Under the pieces are notes generated by a model. The model searched no databases and had not been told where the DNA came from. It was given only the letters and a program-made list of their open reading frames with translations. From Staphylococcus phage Twort, in the sequence record NC_007021.1: a DNA stretch of 64,000 nucleotides; one strand, written 5' to 3'. Of the stretch, positions 18,714-27,471 are shown one piece after another (position 1 is the first letter of the stretch; each line of letters begins with the position of its first letter). The position numbers were made by a program, and so were the translations under genes.

Positions 18714-19088
18714 ATGAAAAACACATATGAAAAAGTAATTGAATTTATTGAAGAAGAGTTTAAAGGAGATTATACACATGTTGTAGAAGGAAAGAGATAT
18801 ATTATCAATATGCTAGAGGAAGAAGAGCGTATTAATAGGAATAAATATATTGGTAAACAGAGTAAATTAGATATTATTTCAATTCTTGATTCCTTTAAAT
18901 TTATTTTAAGAGTATTAAACAATAAAGAAACTAAACCTAATTTAGACCAAGCAACAGAAAAATACGTAGTTAAGACTGTAAATACAATGATGCAAGCAGT
19001 AAATGAAAGCAAGAAATATGGGAATGACAGTTATGAAAGTGATTATAAATTAAGGAGTGAAGATAAATTATGGAATATGAAAAGGTAG
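18714..19088 (+). CDS. hypothetical protein (124 aa)
   Basis: ORF with RBS aggagg. Confidence 0.5.
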   Translation: MKNTYEKVIEFIEEEFKGDYTHVVEGKRYIINMLEEEERINRNKYIGKQSKLDIISILDSFKFILRVLNNKETKPNLDQATEKYVVKTVNTMMQAVNESKKYGNDSYESDYKLRSEDKLWNMKR

Positions 19089-19363
19089 TACAATACGTTA
19101 AGGACTATGGGATTTACTTCAAGACCTCTAACACATGGAAACTAAATTTAAATAGTGGGTATTACATTAAGTATCAGACTCTTGAAAATGAAGAAATGTT
19201 GTTTATTAGTAATGGACTTATTAAAGGGGTACTAATAGATATTTACTTACAAAGTTTTAAACTAGACCTTTTAAAATATACTAATATTTATGATGTTATT
19301 GATTATCATCTAGGAATAAAACCAGATAATTCTAATATTGAAAAATTTATGTGGGGAAGATAA
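19070..19363 (+). CDS. hypothetical protein (97 aa); paralog of unannotated frame 19398..19728
   Basis: V.YVKDYG.YF...W.LNL.SGYYIKY pattern repeated in downstream frame that lacks ATG. Confidence 0.5.
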   Translation: MEYEKVVQYVKDYGIYFKTSNTWKLNLNSGYYIKYQTLENEEMLFISNGLIKGVLIDIYLQSFKLDLLKYTNIYDVIDYHLGIKPDNSNIEKFMWGR

Positions 19364-19731
19364 TTTATAACTAGGATTAGAAATTTTGTGAAATATGGGG
19401 GATTAAAATAGATACAATAGATGTAATAAATTATATTAAAGAGAATGGAAAACATTATAGTTTAGAAAATTTAAGTGATAAGTGGGACTTAGAGTTAGAG
19501 AACGGATACCATATTCGGTATACTATACTCAATCTATTATTTAAGATTCATGAGTTAACAATTATTAAAGGTACACGTAATAGAACATTTAGACAAAATG
19601 AAATTATACAATTTGATGAATCACTAAAAGGAAAAGAAAATATTTACCAAGTTATAGATTGTTGGTTACCTACAGAACCTGCTAACAAAGATATTGACAA
19701 ATTTTTTAAATACAAATAAGGAGAGTTAATT

Positions 19732-20187
19732 ATGGATAAAAAACAATTAGAAGATTTACGTAATAAATGGTTTGGATTGTTAGTTGATAATATTATGGAT
19801 TATGATGATACAATTCATATTCAAGATATTTATAAATTAGTAGAAAAGACGGAAAGTATTAATATCTTAGATTCCTTTTATAGAACTAGAAATAGTGTTA
19901 ACATGTTTAAAGATTGGATAGAAGATAATAGTGAAAGTTCTATTGAAAAGATATTAGAAAAGAGAAATATAGGGTATGAAAAGAAAGAAGTAGGAAATGA
20001 AACTCACTACATATTCTTCTTGGATGATAATACTAATTTTTATACAATTGAGAAAACCCCTCATTCAATTTTCTTAAATATATTTGATATTAATACCTCT
20101 GAATTTGAGACTTATATAGACATAAATGATTACAAAGAACTATCCATGCATATAGATAAACTTATGAGGTATGAAGATGAAAATTAA
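19732..20187 (+). CDS. hypothetical protein (151 aa)
   Basis: ORF with RBS aaggagag. Confidence 0.5.
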   Translation: MDKKQLEDLRNKWFGLLVDNIMDYDDTIHIQDIYKLVEKTESINILDSFYRTRNSVNMFKDWIEDNSESSIEKILEKRNIGYEKKEVGNETHYIFFLDDNTNFYTIEKTPHSIFLNIFDINTSEFETYIDINDYKELSMHIDKLMRYEDEN

Positions 20188-20389
20188 AGTAGATGATGAA
20201 CAGTGGATATATGAAAGAGATAAATACCCTATGATTAAAACAAGAAATTGTGGTATTGGAGAGAGCTCACTTGGTTATTACTTTACTTACAAACCCGTTG
20301 TAGAAATAGAGGGTAAGGATGTTCCTATAGAGGATGGGGATATTTTAATTGTAGAGAATGATAAAGTGACACAAATATATAAAAATTAG
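20171..20389 (+). CDS. hypothetical protein (72 aa)
   Basis: ORF overlapping upstream gene. Confidence 0.45.
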   Translation: MKMKIKVDDEQWIYERDKYPMIKTRNCGIGESSLGYYFTYKPVVEIEGKDVPIEDGDILIVENDKVTQIYKN

Positions 20390-20451
20390 CACCTATAAAG
20401 ATGTTTGTAATACTATTTAACTAAACTAAACATTAGAAAGGATAGATTTAA

Positions 20452-20784
20452 ATGGCAAGAGTAAAAATTTATAACGTAATTGAGAAAATGTGTATAGAAA
20501 AACTAAAGGAAGAGGTGTATGATGAAAATATTGATGCTTTTTCTAACTTGAATAGACATAAGTTTCAGTTAACTTTACACTACTGGAAAAATACAAATGA
20601 CCCACATTATAATAACTTACCTGATAAACTCGTATTTAAAGGTACTTATAAAGAGTTATATGAAAAGGCGTATGGTAGTGGGTTAATTGAATCTGAATAT
20701 GCTTTTGCAAGTTCACTTAAAAAAGAAGAAAAGTATGACTCACTAATTCAAATAGAAATAAAAGAAGTAGAAATATTAGAATAA
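20452..20784 (+). CDS. hypothetical protein (110 aa)
   Basis: ORF with RBS aaaggatag. Confidence 0.5.
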   Translation: MARVKIYNVIEKMCIEKLKEEVYDENIDAFSNLNRHKFQLTLHYWKNTNDPHYNNLPDKLVFKGTYKELYEKAYGSGLIESEYAFASSLKKEEKYDSLIQIEIKEVEILE

Positions 20785-20828
20785 AGAATATTGAGTTAGC
20801 TTAATAAAAAGAATAAAGTCTTAAAAAT

Positions 20829-20860
20829 CCACTATATATAAAGTATATAGTGGTTTTGTT
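20829..20860 (+). terminator. rho-independent terminator
   Basis: ccactatata-taaag-tatatagtgg then TTTTGTT. Confidence 0.7.
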
Positions 20861-21816
20861 GTAATATAAGAATAAATAAACTAAATATATATAAAAAAAT
20901 AGTAAAAAGATATAAAGATATAAAGATAGGAATAGGTATATAGTAGATAAAAGGAAAGACTGAAATACACTAACCTAGTATATTATACATAGTAAATATA
21001 TATATGTATATATAACTTAAAGTATAATAATAATTATATACACTGATACGTATAGTAATAAATACCTATAATTAAAAATAAAATTAAATAAGTAAAGATA
21101 ACTAAATTAAAACCAATTAAAAGAAAACGAACCCCAGAACTTTTTCTTATATATAAGAATATGTAGTAGAAAAAGAAAAAGAAGAAAGAAAGATAGCTAG
21201 AAGAATAGAGTTATTGTAAAGAAAGTAATTAGAAATAAATAAGTGAATAAATAAAGGTATAAGAGGGAGTAGTGTAAAAGAATAAATAATAGAAGAAGTA
21301 AATATAGATACCCTATAAGCATAATAAGCAATGTAAATAAGAAACAATGTAAGTAACTATACAATAAGTAATAGGTAATAGGTAATACAATAAACAATAA
21401 AAACTAATAGTAAATAACAATACAATAGCAATAACAATACAATAGACAAAGAAACAGATAATACAAACCCCAGAACTTTTTCGACCCTCCGTCCCGTCCT
21501 ACTTAATGTAGTATACGGTTATATTATGTTTGAAATATAGATATTTATTATACTTTACTTACTTTAATTACTGTATAATGCTTAATATTCTACACTTAAT
21601 CTATAGTAATATACTAGTTATCTACCTTAATGTATTAGTTATTTATACTAATCTGGTACTATCAATGCTTTATTCTACCTTTATATACTATTACTTATAT
21701 ATACTCTTATATGGTTTCCGCTTCTACACTTTTTTTGTATACATGTATATATATGTATTGACATTCTATATAGTATTTGGTATACTTAATATATACTTAT
21801 AAGGAGGGAAGTTATT
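20861..21816. repeat. ~1-kb non-coding, extremely AT-rich low-complexity spacer with strand-bias switch and 17-bp direct repeat
   Basis: No credible ORF; purine-rich to ~21480 then pyrimidine-rich; AACCCCAGAACTTTTTC at 21130-21146 and 21466-21482; microsatellite-like gtaataggtaatagg, acaatacaatag. Confidence 0.7.
21758..21786 (+). promoter_or_regulatory. consensus promoter TTGACA-N17-TATACT
   Basis: ttgaca 21758-21763, tatact 21781-21786. Confidence 0.6.
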
Positions 21817-22563
21817 ATGTTTAATGAAGAAACTACAAATAGAACTAGATTAAGTAAGGAAGATATAGATAATAGGATAAAAGAGCGTAAGTTGTGGATG
21901 AGAACTAAATGTAAGGAAGGTAAACACACAACATTCAGCAATTGTATTATCGAGAATATAGACTTAAGTGGTTATTACTTACGTGGATTAGATTTCCATG
22001 GGTCTAGGTTAGAAAATGTTAATTTAAGTAACGTAGACTTGTCAGTTGCAGACCTATCAGGTACTGAGATTATTAATTGTAATTTACATGGTACTAACTT
22101 CAAGGAATCTAATATAAATAATAGTGAGATATTTGCATGTAGAATTGAAGATGTAGATATGAGTTATACTGACCTTCGTAATTCTACTATAATTACTGAA
22201 ATATATAATACTAATTTTAATTATACTAATATGAATCATAGTCATTTAAAGTGTGCAACATTAGTAGGATGTACGTTTAAAGATACTAGTTTACGGCATG
22301 CAGTATTAGATTATGTTAGGGTAGCAGATACTGAGTTATCTAAAGCAAGTTTAAATAGTGCTGTTATCTTAGATATTGAGGGTCTAAATGTTTACTCTGT
22401 TGGTAATAATGGTAATCCTATTATTTATATTCCTAAATATGATAAAGTATTTGCGGAGCACTGGACTTCTACACTAGATGGATTTCTAAAGCAAGGACTT
22501 GAAATGGAAGAAGAAAAAGGTAAGATTGAGAAAATTTATGAATTCTTTAAGGTATGTAGGTAG
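21817..22563 (+). CDS. pentapeptide-repeat protein
   Basis: Long run of A(D/N)LXX-type five-residue repeats: NVNLSNVDLSVADLSGTEIINCNLHGTNFKESNINNSEIF... Confidence 0.75.
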   Translation: MFNEETTNRTRLSKEDIDNRIKERKLWMRTKCKEGKHTTFSNCIIENIDLSGYYLRGLDFHGSRLENVNLSNVDLSVADLSGTEIINCNLHGTNFKESNINNSEIFACRIEDVDMSYTDLRNSTIITEIYNTNFNYTNMNHSHLKCATLVGCTFKDTSLRHAVLDYVRVADTELSKASLNSAVILDIEGLNVYSVGNNGNPIIYIPKYDKVFAEHWTSTLDGFLKQGLEMEEEKGKIEKIYEFFKVCR

Positions 22564-22592
22564 AAGCGGTAAACTATTCCGCTTCTTTTTTA
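22562..22592 (+). terminator. rho-independent terminator (GAAGCGG family)
   Basis: agaagcgg-taaactatt-ccgcttct then T6. Confidence 0.8.
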
Positions 22593-22601
22593 TATTTATT
22601 G

Positions 22602-22630
22602 TTGACATTCTATATAGCAAGTAGTATAAT
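22602..22630 (+). promoter_or_regulatory. consensus promoter TTGACA-N17-TATAAT
   Basis: ttgaca 22602-22607, tataat 22625-22630. Confidence 0.65.
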
Positions 22631-22660
22631 AGGCTTATAAACAAGTAGGAGGAGATTATA

Positions 22661-23068
22661 ATGAAAATTAAAAAGCAAGTAACATTTAAAGAACTAATGG
22701 GGTTATACTATAAAGGAGAATTAGAACAGGGAGATTATGAAGCCGAACAAGGCAATACTATTGTAAAGGTATCTTGTGGTATCATAGGAATATCTTTCTC
22801 ACAATTCTATAAAAATAAAGATATGTTTGATTCATTTCCATATATAAAGAATGATACACTGTTTACTATAGAACAAGAAATAGGTTTAAATACTAAGTTA
22901 GATAAAGTGGTTGTAGTTTATGAAGATACGGCTGATATAGAATATGATATAAGTGTTAACAATATTTTAAGACGCTATGATTTTGATGCGGAAGACTATA
23001 TTGTATCTATCAACGTAGAAGTAAATAATGAATTACAGACAGTATGGAAAGATGGGAAGTTACTATGA
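22661..23068 (+). CDS. hypothetical protein (135 aa)
   Basis: ORF with RBS aggagg. Confidence 0.5.
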   Translation: MKIKKQVTFKELMGLYYKGELEQGDYEAEQGNTIVKVSCGIIGISFSQFYKNKDMFDSFPYIKNDTLFTIEQEIGLNTKLDKVVVVYEDTADIEYDISVNNILRRYDFDAEDYIVSINVEVNNELQTVWKDGKLL

Positions 23069-23253
23069 TTAGTAGTATATTAATGGTTATTATAATTAGT
23101 ATTATTGTATTAAGTACAGCGTGTTACTTATTTTATTTGATGGTAGAAGCGGTTAAGTATGAAGATGTATTTCTGTTTATAGCTACGCTTGTACTTAATA
23201 TAGTGTACTGGTTAACGATTATCTTTCTTATTCTTAAATACTTTGGGTTGTAA
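23044..23253 (+). CDS. small 2-TM membrane protein, YFGL-terminus family member 1
   Basis: C-terminus LTIIFLILKYFGL matches 25223..25420 and 25873..26061. Confidence 0.55.
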   Translation: MERWEVTMISSILMVIIISIIVLSTACYLFYLMVEAVKYEDVFLFIATLVLNIVYWLTIIFLILKYFGL

Positions 23254-23298
23254 AATAAACTATACGAATATTGTTAAGTAATAATAAGGAGTGGTATA

Positions 23299-23796
23299 AT
23301 GGTAAATAAAAATTTGTCAGAATCAATTACTAAAGAAGTTAAAGATAAGTTACATGAATTGGTAGATAATTTAGATATTGAGGTAGAATATAAATTTAAT
23401 CATGCAGGCAGTGTAGAAGTAGATGTTAAGTTTGATATTAAAGAAAAACCTTTTACATTAGATAGAGATATTCCTGTAATAAACACGGCTTATAGTAAAC
23501 TAATTGGTACGCTAGAAGAAGATAATAAGAAATTAATGGGAAATATTATCGAGGAGAATAAAAAGAAATATCCTAAGGAATTAGATAAGTATGATTTAAG
23601 TAAGTATAATTTTGAGTTTAATGATATAGATAAGGATACTAGGGAAGATACTAGAACTGTATATATTAGATTTAACGATGGTAGGGTACTCCCTATATTC
23701 TTAGAAGACCTTATATTCTACTTATCTATTAGTAAAGAAGGAGACACGTTATCTTTTAATTATGAAGATGTAGATATAGTTGAATTAATGGGTTGA
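23299..23796 (+). CDS. hypothetical protein (165 aa)
   Basis: ORF with RBS aaggag. Confidence 0.5.
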   Translation: MVNKNLSESITKEVKDKLHELVDNLDIEVEYKFNHAGSVEVDVKFDIKEKPFTLDRDIPVINTAYSKLIGTLEEDNKKLMGNIIEENKKKYPKELDKYDLSKYNFEFNDIDKDTREDTRTVYIRFNDGRVLPIFLEDLIFYLSISKEGDTLSFNYEDVDIVELMG

Positions 23797-23853
23797 CAAA
23801 GTGTTAAGTACATGGTATAGTAAGTACATAAGAATAGTAGGAGGAATTTAATT

Positions 23854-24087
23854 ATGGACTTAATTAGTTATTTAGAGAATGAAGGATTTGAAGTAAGTAA
23901 AGAACATGGGTATGAAGGAGATTGTTATTTAGTAAAAAGTATTGAAGGTAATGAAGTACCTATTGAAATTATCAGTGACACTGTTATTATTACTGATGAT
24001 AATGGGACAGATATTCATGTTGATGCTAATAAACCTAAAGCTATTGTAGATGTACTTTTAGATTTAACAAGCACTGATTATGAGTAA
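23854..24087 (+). CDS. hypothetical acidic protein (77 aa)
   Basis: ORF with RBS aggagg. Confidence 0.45.
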   Translation: MDLISYLENEGFEVSKEHGYEGDCYLVKSIEGNEVPIEIISDTVIITDDNGTDIHVDANKPKAIVDVLLDLTSTDYE

Positions 24088-24110
24088 TTGTATATTAGGA
24101 GGAATTAATT

Positions 24111-24413
24111 ATGTTTAAAAAGTCAAAAGAAAAGAATAAAGTAGAATATGGTAGAAACGAAGGTAGCCATGTACCACAAAATAAGGCATTAGTTCAGTTA
24201 GTTAGAGATATTACTGGTGGTTTTGTTTTACCTCTTACAGATGGTCATGAGTATGTAGTAGTAATTCGTGGTACTAAGACGCTAGTATTTAATGTTGTAG
24301 GTGAAAGAATTTACTTAAGTGGTTCATTATTAGGTAAAGATTTTTCTTGTGCTGACAACAAAAATAATCCTGTTTCTATTGAAGTAGTTAAATTAATTTC
24401 TAAATTAGTATAA
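24111..24413 (+). CDS. hypothetical protein (100 aa)
   Basis: ORF with RBS aggagg. Confidence 0.5.
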   Translation: MFKKSKEKNKVEYGRNEGSHVPQNKALVQLVRDITGGFVLPLTDGHEYVVVIRGTKTLVFNVVGERIYLSGSLLGKDFSCADNKNNPVSIEVVKLISKLV

Positions 24414-24421
24414 AGTATATT

Positions 24422-24450
24422 ACCGCTTCTATTATTGAAGCGGTTTTTAT
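24422..24450 (+). terminator. rho-independent terminator (GAAGCGG family, inverted arm order)
   Basis: accgcttc-tattatt-gaagcggt then TTTTT. Confidence 0.75.
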
Positions 24451-24618
24451 TATACCTTACTATGCTCTAATTCTTTCATATTTAACGTATATAGGGTTTT
24501 ATATGTATTTAGGTATATTTATATTAAAAAGCACTATCGTTTGTTATACGTTGTCTATAGAGCATATAGAGGGTATTAAAAGAATACAAAATTTATAGTA
24601 AATAATTGAAATTAATGT

Positions 24619-24647
24619 TTGACATTCTATGAGTTATAGCTTATAGT
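24619..24647 (+). promoter_or_regulatory. consensus promoter TTGACA-N17-TATAGT
   Basis: ttgaca 24619-24624, tatagt 24642-24647. Confidence 0.6.
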
Positions 24648-24680
24648 AAGTATATAGAAGAAATTAGGAGGAGATTAATT

Positions 24681-25025
24681 ATGGAAGTTTTTGATTTAAA
24701 AAAGTTTGTTGTTGATAACGGCTTACATATACAAGAAGGTTCTATGTCATATTATGAGTATAAGGTAGATTCTAGCTATTCTATTAGGGTTGTTAGTAGA
24801 TTGGCATATTGTGATGTTATTGTGTTTGTGTATAAGAGTAAATACATCCATAGTATTAATACTACCTATGAGGAAGATAAGGTAGAAGAATTAGAAAAGC
24901 TATTAGAAGAAAGTAAGAATATTTCAGTAGTTATGGACTATTACTTAATTAAACGTATGGAAAGGAAACGTATTGAAGCGGAAGAACAAAGAAAATTAGA
25001 TAAATTTATGTTAAAAGGAGAATAG
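24681..25025 (+). CDS. hypothetical protein (114 aa); paralog of 17597..17953
   Basis: See 17597..17953. Confidence 0.5.
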   Translation: MEVFDLKKFVVDNGLHIQEGSMSYYEYKVDSSYSIRVVSRLAYCDVIVFVYKSKYIHSINTTYEEDKVEELEKLLEESKNISVVMDYYLIKRMERKRIEAEEQRKLDKFMLKGE

Positions 25026-25061
25026 TGTTTGATATATAATAAGTATTAGGAGGTGTAACTT

Positions 25062-25234
25062 ATGATTTTAATTTTAGTATTACTTACAATTAATCTTATA
25101 TGTTTAATTATTATTGGTAATAGTATCTTAGAATTAGAGGGGAAGCGGGCTTTAGTTAACTGTATCTTATTCTCAGTACCAGTGATTGCTATTGTTGTAT
25201 GTATATATAGTTTAGTATTGGAGTGTTGGTTATG
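25062..25234 (+). CDS. small hydrophobic protein (~57 aa), not in ORF track
   Basis: ATG with RBS aggagg; MILILVLLTINLICLIIIG... two hydrophobic helices. Confidence 0.35.
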
Positions 25235-25420
25235 ATTAGTAGTATTATAGAGTTCATTGTAATAAGTATAATTAGTGTAGTTTCAGTAGGTGTGTTTGGG
25301 TTTATGTGGTATGCAGTATTTTATACTAAGGATAAAGTATTACTTTCAGTTGCTATACTACTAACAGTTATTCTTGGATTATCTGGGCTTGGTGCTACAT
25401 TAGATTACTTTGGATTGTAG
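25223..25420 (+). CDS. small 2-TM membrane protein, YFGL-terminus family member 2
   Basis: MISSII start and ...GATLDYFGL terminus. Confidence 0.5.
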   Translation: MLVMISSIIEFIVISIISVVSVGVFGFMWYAVFYTKDKVLLSVAILLTVILGLSGLGATLDYFGL

Positions 25421-25646
25421 GAGTGGGATTATGATTGATGTTATTATGTTAATTCTAGCTATTATCAGTATACCTTTGTATATATGGTTAGGTAATGAGT
25501 ATTATAATTGGGTGCTTAATAACTATAATAAGAGTAGTGATATAGTACAAGCATGTATATTTGGTGGTTTATTTATGGCTATTGTTATAAGTTTACTTGC
25601 TATATGTGGAAGTATTAGTAATATAATAGGAGGGTTTATAATATGA
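25410..25646 (+). CDS. small membrane protein (78 aa)
   Basis: hydrophobic ORF overlapping neighbours. Confidence 0.45.
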   Translation: MDCRSGIMIDVIMLILAIISIPLYIWLGNEYYNWVLNNYNKSSDIVQACIFGGLFMAIVISLLAICGSISNIIGGFII

Positions 25647-25861
25647 GTAGTTATGTACATCATGTACCAGTCGTTACACCTCATAATGATGGTGGTGCTT
25701 CTACTGTAGATAGTAGTAATGGTAATCATACTGTAGACCATAAAGAACAATGGGAACCTGGTATGAGTGAGCAGGAGGCTATGTATACTGTATTTGGTAT
25801 TGCATTATTTATTATGATAGTTGTTCTTGTTTTTATTATCGTGGTTAAACTTAAAAGATAG
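25643..25861 (+). CDS. small membrane-anchored protein (C-terminal TM)
   Basis: C-terminal TM FGIALFIMIVVLVFIIVV. Confidence 0.45.
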   Translation: MSSYVHHVPVVTPHNDGGASTVDSSNGNHTVDHKEQWEPGMSEQEAMYTVFGIALFIMIVVLVFIIVVKLKR

Positions 25862-25872
25862 GAGTTGAGATT

Positions 25873-26061
25873 ATGATTAGTAGTATTTTAGTTATAGTAG
25901 TAGGAGTTATCTTGTTTTTAGGAATGAGCTTTAACCTTATTTGGTTATTAGGGAATGCACTTAAAGAAAAGGATAAATATTTAATTACTTTAAGTGTTGT
26001 ATGTAATGTAGTGTTTTGGTTATCTATAATTGTTATAGCTTTGAAGTATTTTGGATTATAA
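25873..26061 (+). CDS. small 2-TM membrane protein, YFGL-terminus family member 3
   Basis: MISSIL start and LSIIVIALKYFGL terminus. Confidence 0.55.
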   Translation: MISSILVIVVGVILFLGMSFNLIWLLGNALKEKDKYLITLSVVCNVVFWLSIIVIALKYFGL

Positions 26062-26168
26062 TGTTTCCTAGAATCAAAATTTAGCCGTTTTTCGTAAAGG
26101 CTACGTGCAATCTACAGACGGGAATTATTTTTAGGTAGTATTTATCCTAGAAAATAGAATGAGTGTCA

Positions 26169-26200
26169 GAAGCGGTTTTCTATTCCGCTTCTTTTTTTTA
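26169..26200 (+). terminator. rho-independent terminator (GAAGCGG family)
   Basis: agaagcgg-ttttctatt-ccgcttct then T8. Confidence 0.8.
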
Positions 26201-26208
26201 TATTATTG

Positions 26209-26237
26209 TTGACAGTGGTTAGGGTAAGTAGTATAAT
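26209..26237 (+). promoter_or_regulatory. consensus promoter TTGACA-N17-TATAAT
   Basis: ttgaca 26209-26214, tataat 26232-26237. Confidence 0.65.
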
Positions 26238-26257
26238 TGTAGTAGAGGTGATAAGGT

Positions 26258-27208
26258 ATGGATAAACATTTTAAAGGTAGAGAAGTTAATGTTGAAACTG
26301 GGGAAACTAGATATATGAACCCTATTTGGAGGCCTTTATTTGACCCTTCTGAGTACATATCTAAAGATATTATTAGTGGTAAACTAGAACGTAAAGAATT
26401 TGAAGAAAAGTTTTTTAATTTTATTACAGAGTTTCAAAGTAACCTAAGAAATAAGTATAATGCTAGTTTTGATGAAATAGGTAGATTACTAGTTCTAATG
26501 ACTTATACAAATTATAGGGATATAGAGACGGGTCATCATTATCTGCTAACGGATAATAATAAAGACATGTCAATTAAAAATCTAAGTAAAATATGGAAAT
26601 TAGAGTTACAACAAACAAGGAATGTTAAAAGTATAATGAAGAAGAAAGGTATTATAGGAGAAGATGATGAAGGTTTATATATACCAGACGACATTCTTAT
26701 TAGAGGTAAAATATACCCTAAGGAGAAAAAAGAGTTAAATTACTATATAATATATGACAAACCTATAAGGGATTTGTATAATGGTTTAACAGAAAGTAAT
26801 AAAAGAGACAGTGCCAAAGTAGTAGGATTATTTTTGTCTTTAGTACCATTCATTAAAGTATCATCAAGAAAAAAGAAAAATAATGAAAAAGGCTCTAATA
26901 ATACTTTAGTTATGTCTGAGTGGGATAACGAAAATAAGCAATATAAACCTATAAGCAAAGTAAAATTATCCGAAGAACTGGGTATAAGTAGAACTACAAT
27001 GGATAGATATTTAGGTATACTCAACGCTAAGTCTAAAGAGGTCACTGGTAGATATTTACTGTATGACATTAAACCAACAGGATTAAACGAATTAGACAAA
27101 TCTATTATGGTTATTAACCCTTATTATACTTATACACAAGGAACAGGAAGTAATTCTTTTAATATACTTGAGGAATGGATTAATGAAGCGGAAGAAAATA
27201 GTAAGTGA
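26258..27208 (+). CDS. hypothetical protein with C-terminal HTH (possible initiator/regulator)
   Basis: 316 aa; KLSEELGISRTTMDRYLGIL HTH-like; immediately followed by three 25-bp direct repeats. Confidence 0.5.
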   Translation: MDKHFKGREVNVETGETRYMNPIWRPLFDPSEYISKDIISGKLERKEFEEKFFNFITEFQSNLRNKYNASFDEIGRLLVLMTYTNYRDIETGHHYLLTDNNKDMSIKNLSKIWKLELQQTRNVKSIMKKKGIIGEDDEGLYIPDDILIRGKIYPKEKKELNYYIIYDKPIRDLYNGLTESNKRDSAKVVGLFLSLVPFIKVSSRKKKNNEKGSNNTLVMSEWDNENKQYKPISKVKLSEELGISRTTMDRYLGILNAKSKEVTGRYLLYDIKPTGLNELDKSIMVINPYYTYTQGTGSNSFNILEEWINEAEENSK

Positions 27209-27270
27209 TAGTATTTTAAATAGATACTTTATACTATGCGAGTGGTAGTTAGTATATTGTATACATATTT

Positions 27271-27382
27271 GAAAAATTGTCCATTCTGTATTATAAGATA
27301 CACAAGATTAATATAGCTCTGTATATGAAAATTGTCCATTCTGTATTATATTTTGGGAAAAATTGTCCATTCTGTATTATAC
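27271..27382. repeat. three direct repeats GAAAA(A)TTGTCCATTCTGTATTATA
   Basis: Copies at 27271-27295, 27326-27350, 27357-27382. Confidence 0.8.
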
Positions 27383-27437
27383 ACATAAATCGTGAAACCC
27401 TTTGAGGGAGTAAGATGAAAGCATAATTTTCATAAGT

Positions 27438-27465
27438 TTTGCATCTACTTTTGTTAGTGGGATAA
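27438..27465 (+). promoter_or_regulatory. promoter TTGCAT-N16-GATAAT with no downstream ORF
   Basis: ttgcat 27438-27443, gataat 27460-27465. Confidence 0.5.
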
Positions 27466-27471
27466 TACATC

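Noticed and set aside
21147-21802. Three ORFs in the supplied track (21147..21347 -, 21197..21397 -, 21530..21802 +) inside the AT-rich spacer
   Set aside because: Their translations are pure Y/L/I/F low-complexity produced by A/T-repeat DNA. They have no RBS and overlap each other. Treated as non-coding.
25223-25420. Apparent off-by-one between my manual indexing of the start codon (GTG at ~25222) and the supplied coordinates
   Set aside because: Frame arithmetic from the stop codon confirms the supplied coordinates. The discrepancy was my own counting error, not a biological feature.
27271-27382. Possible mini-CRISPR array (three 25-bp direct repeats)
   Set aside because: There are only three copies with unequal gaps (30 and 6-7 bp). 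There are no spacer-like unique segments of constant length and no cas genes. Interpreted as protein-binding iterons instead.
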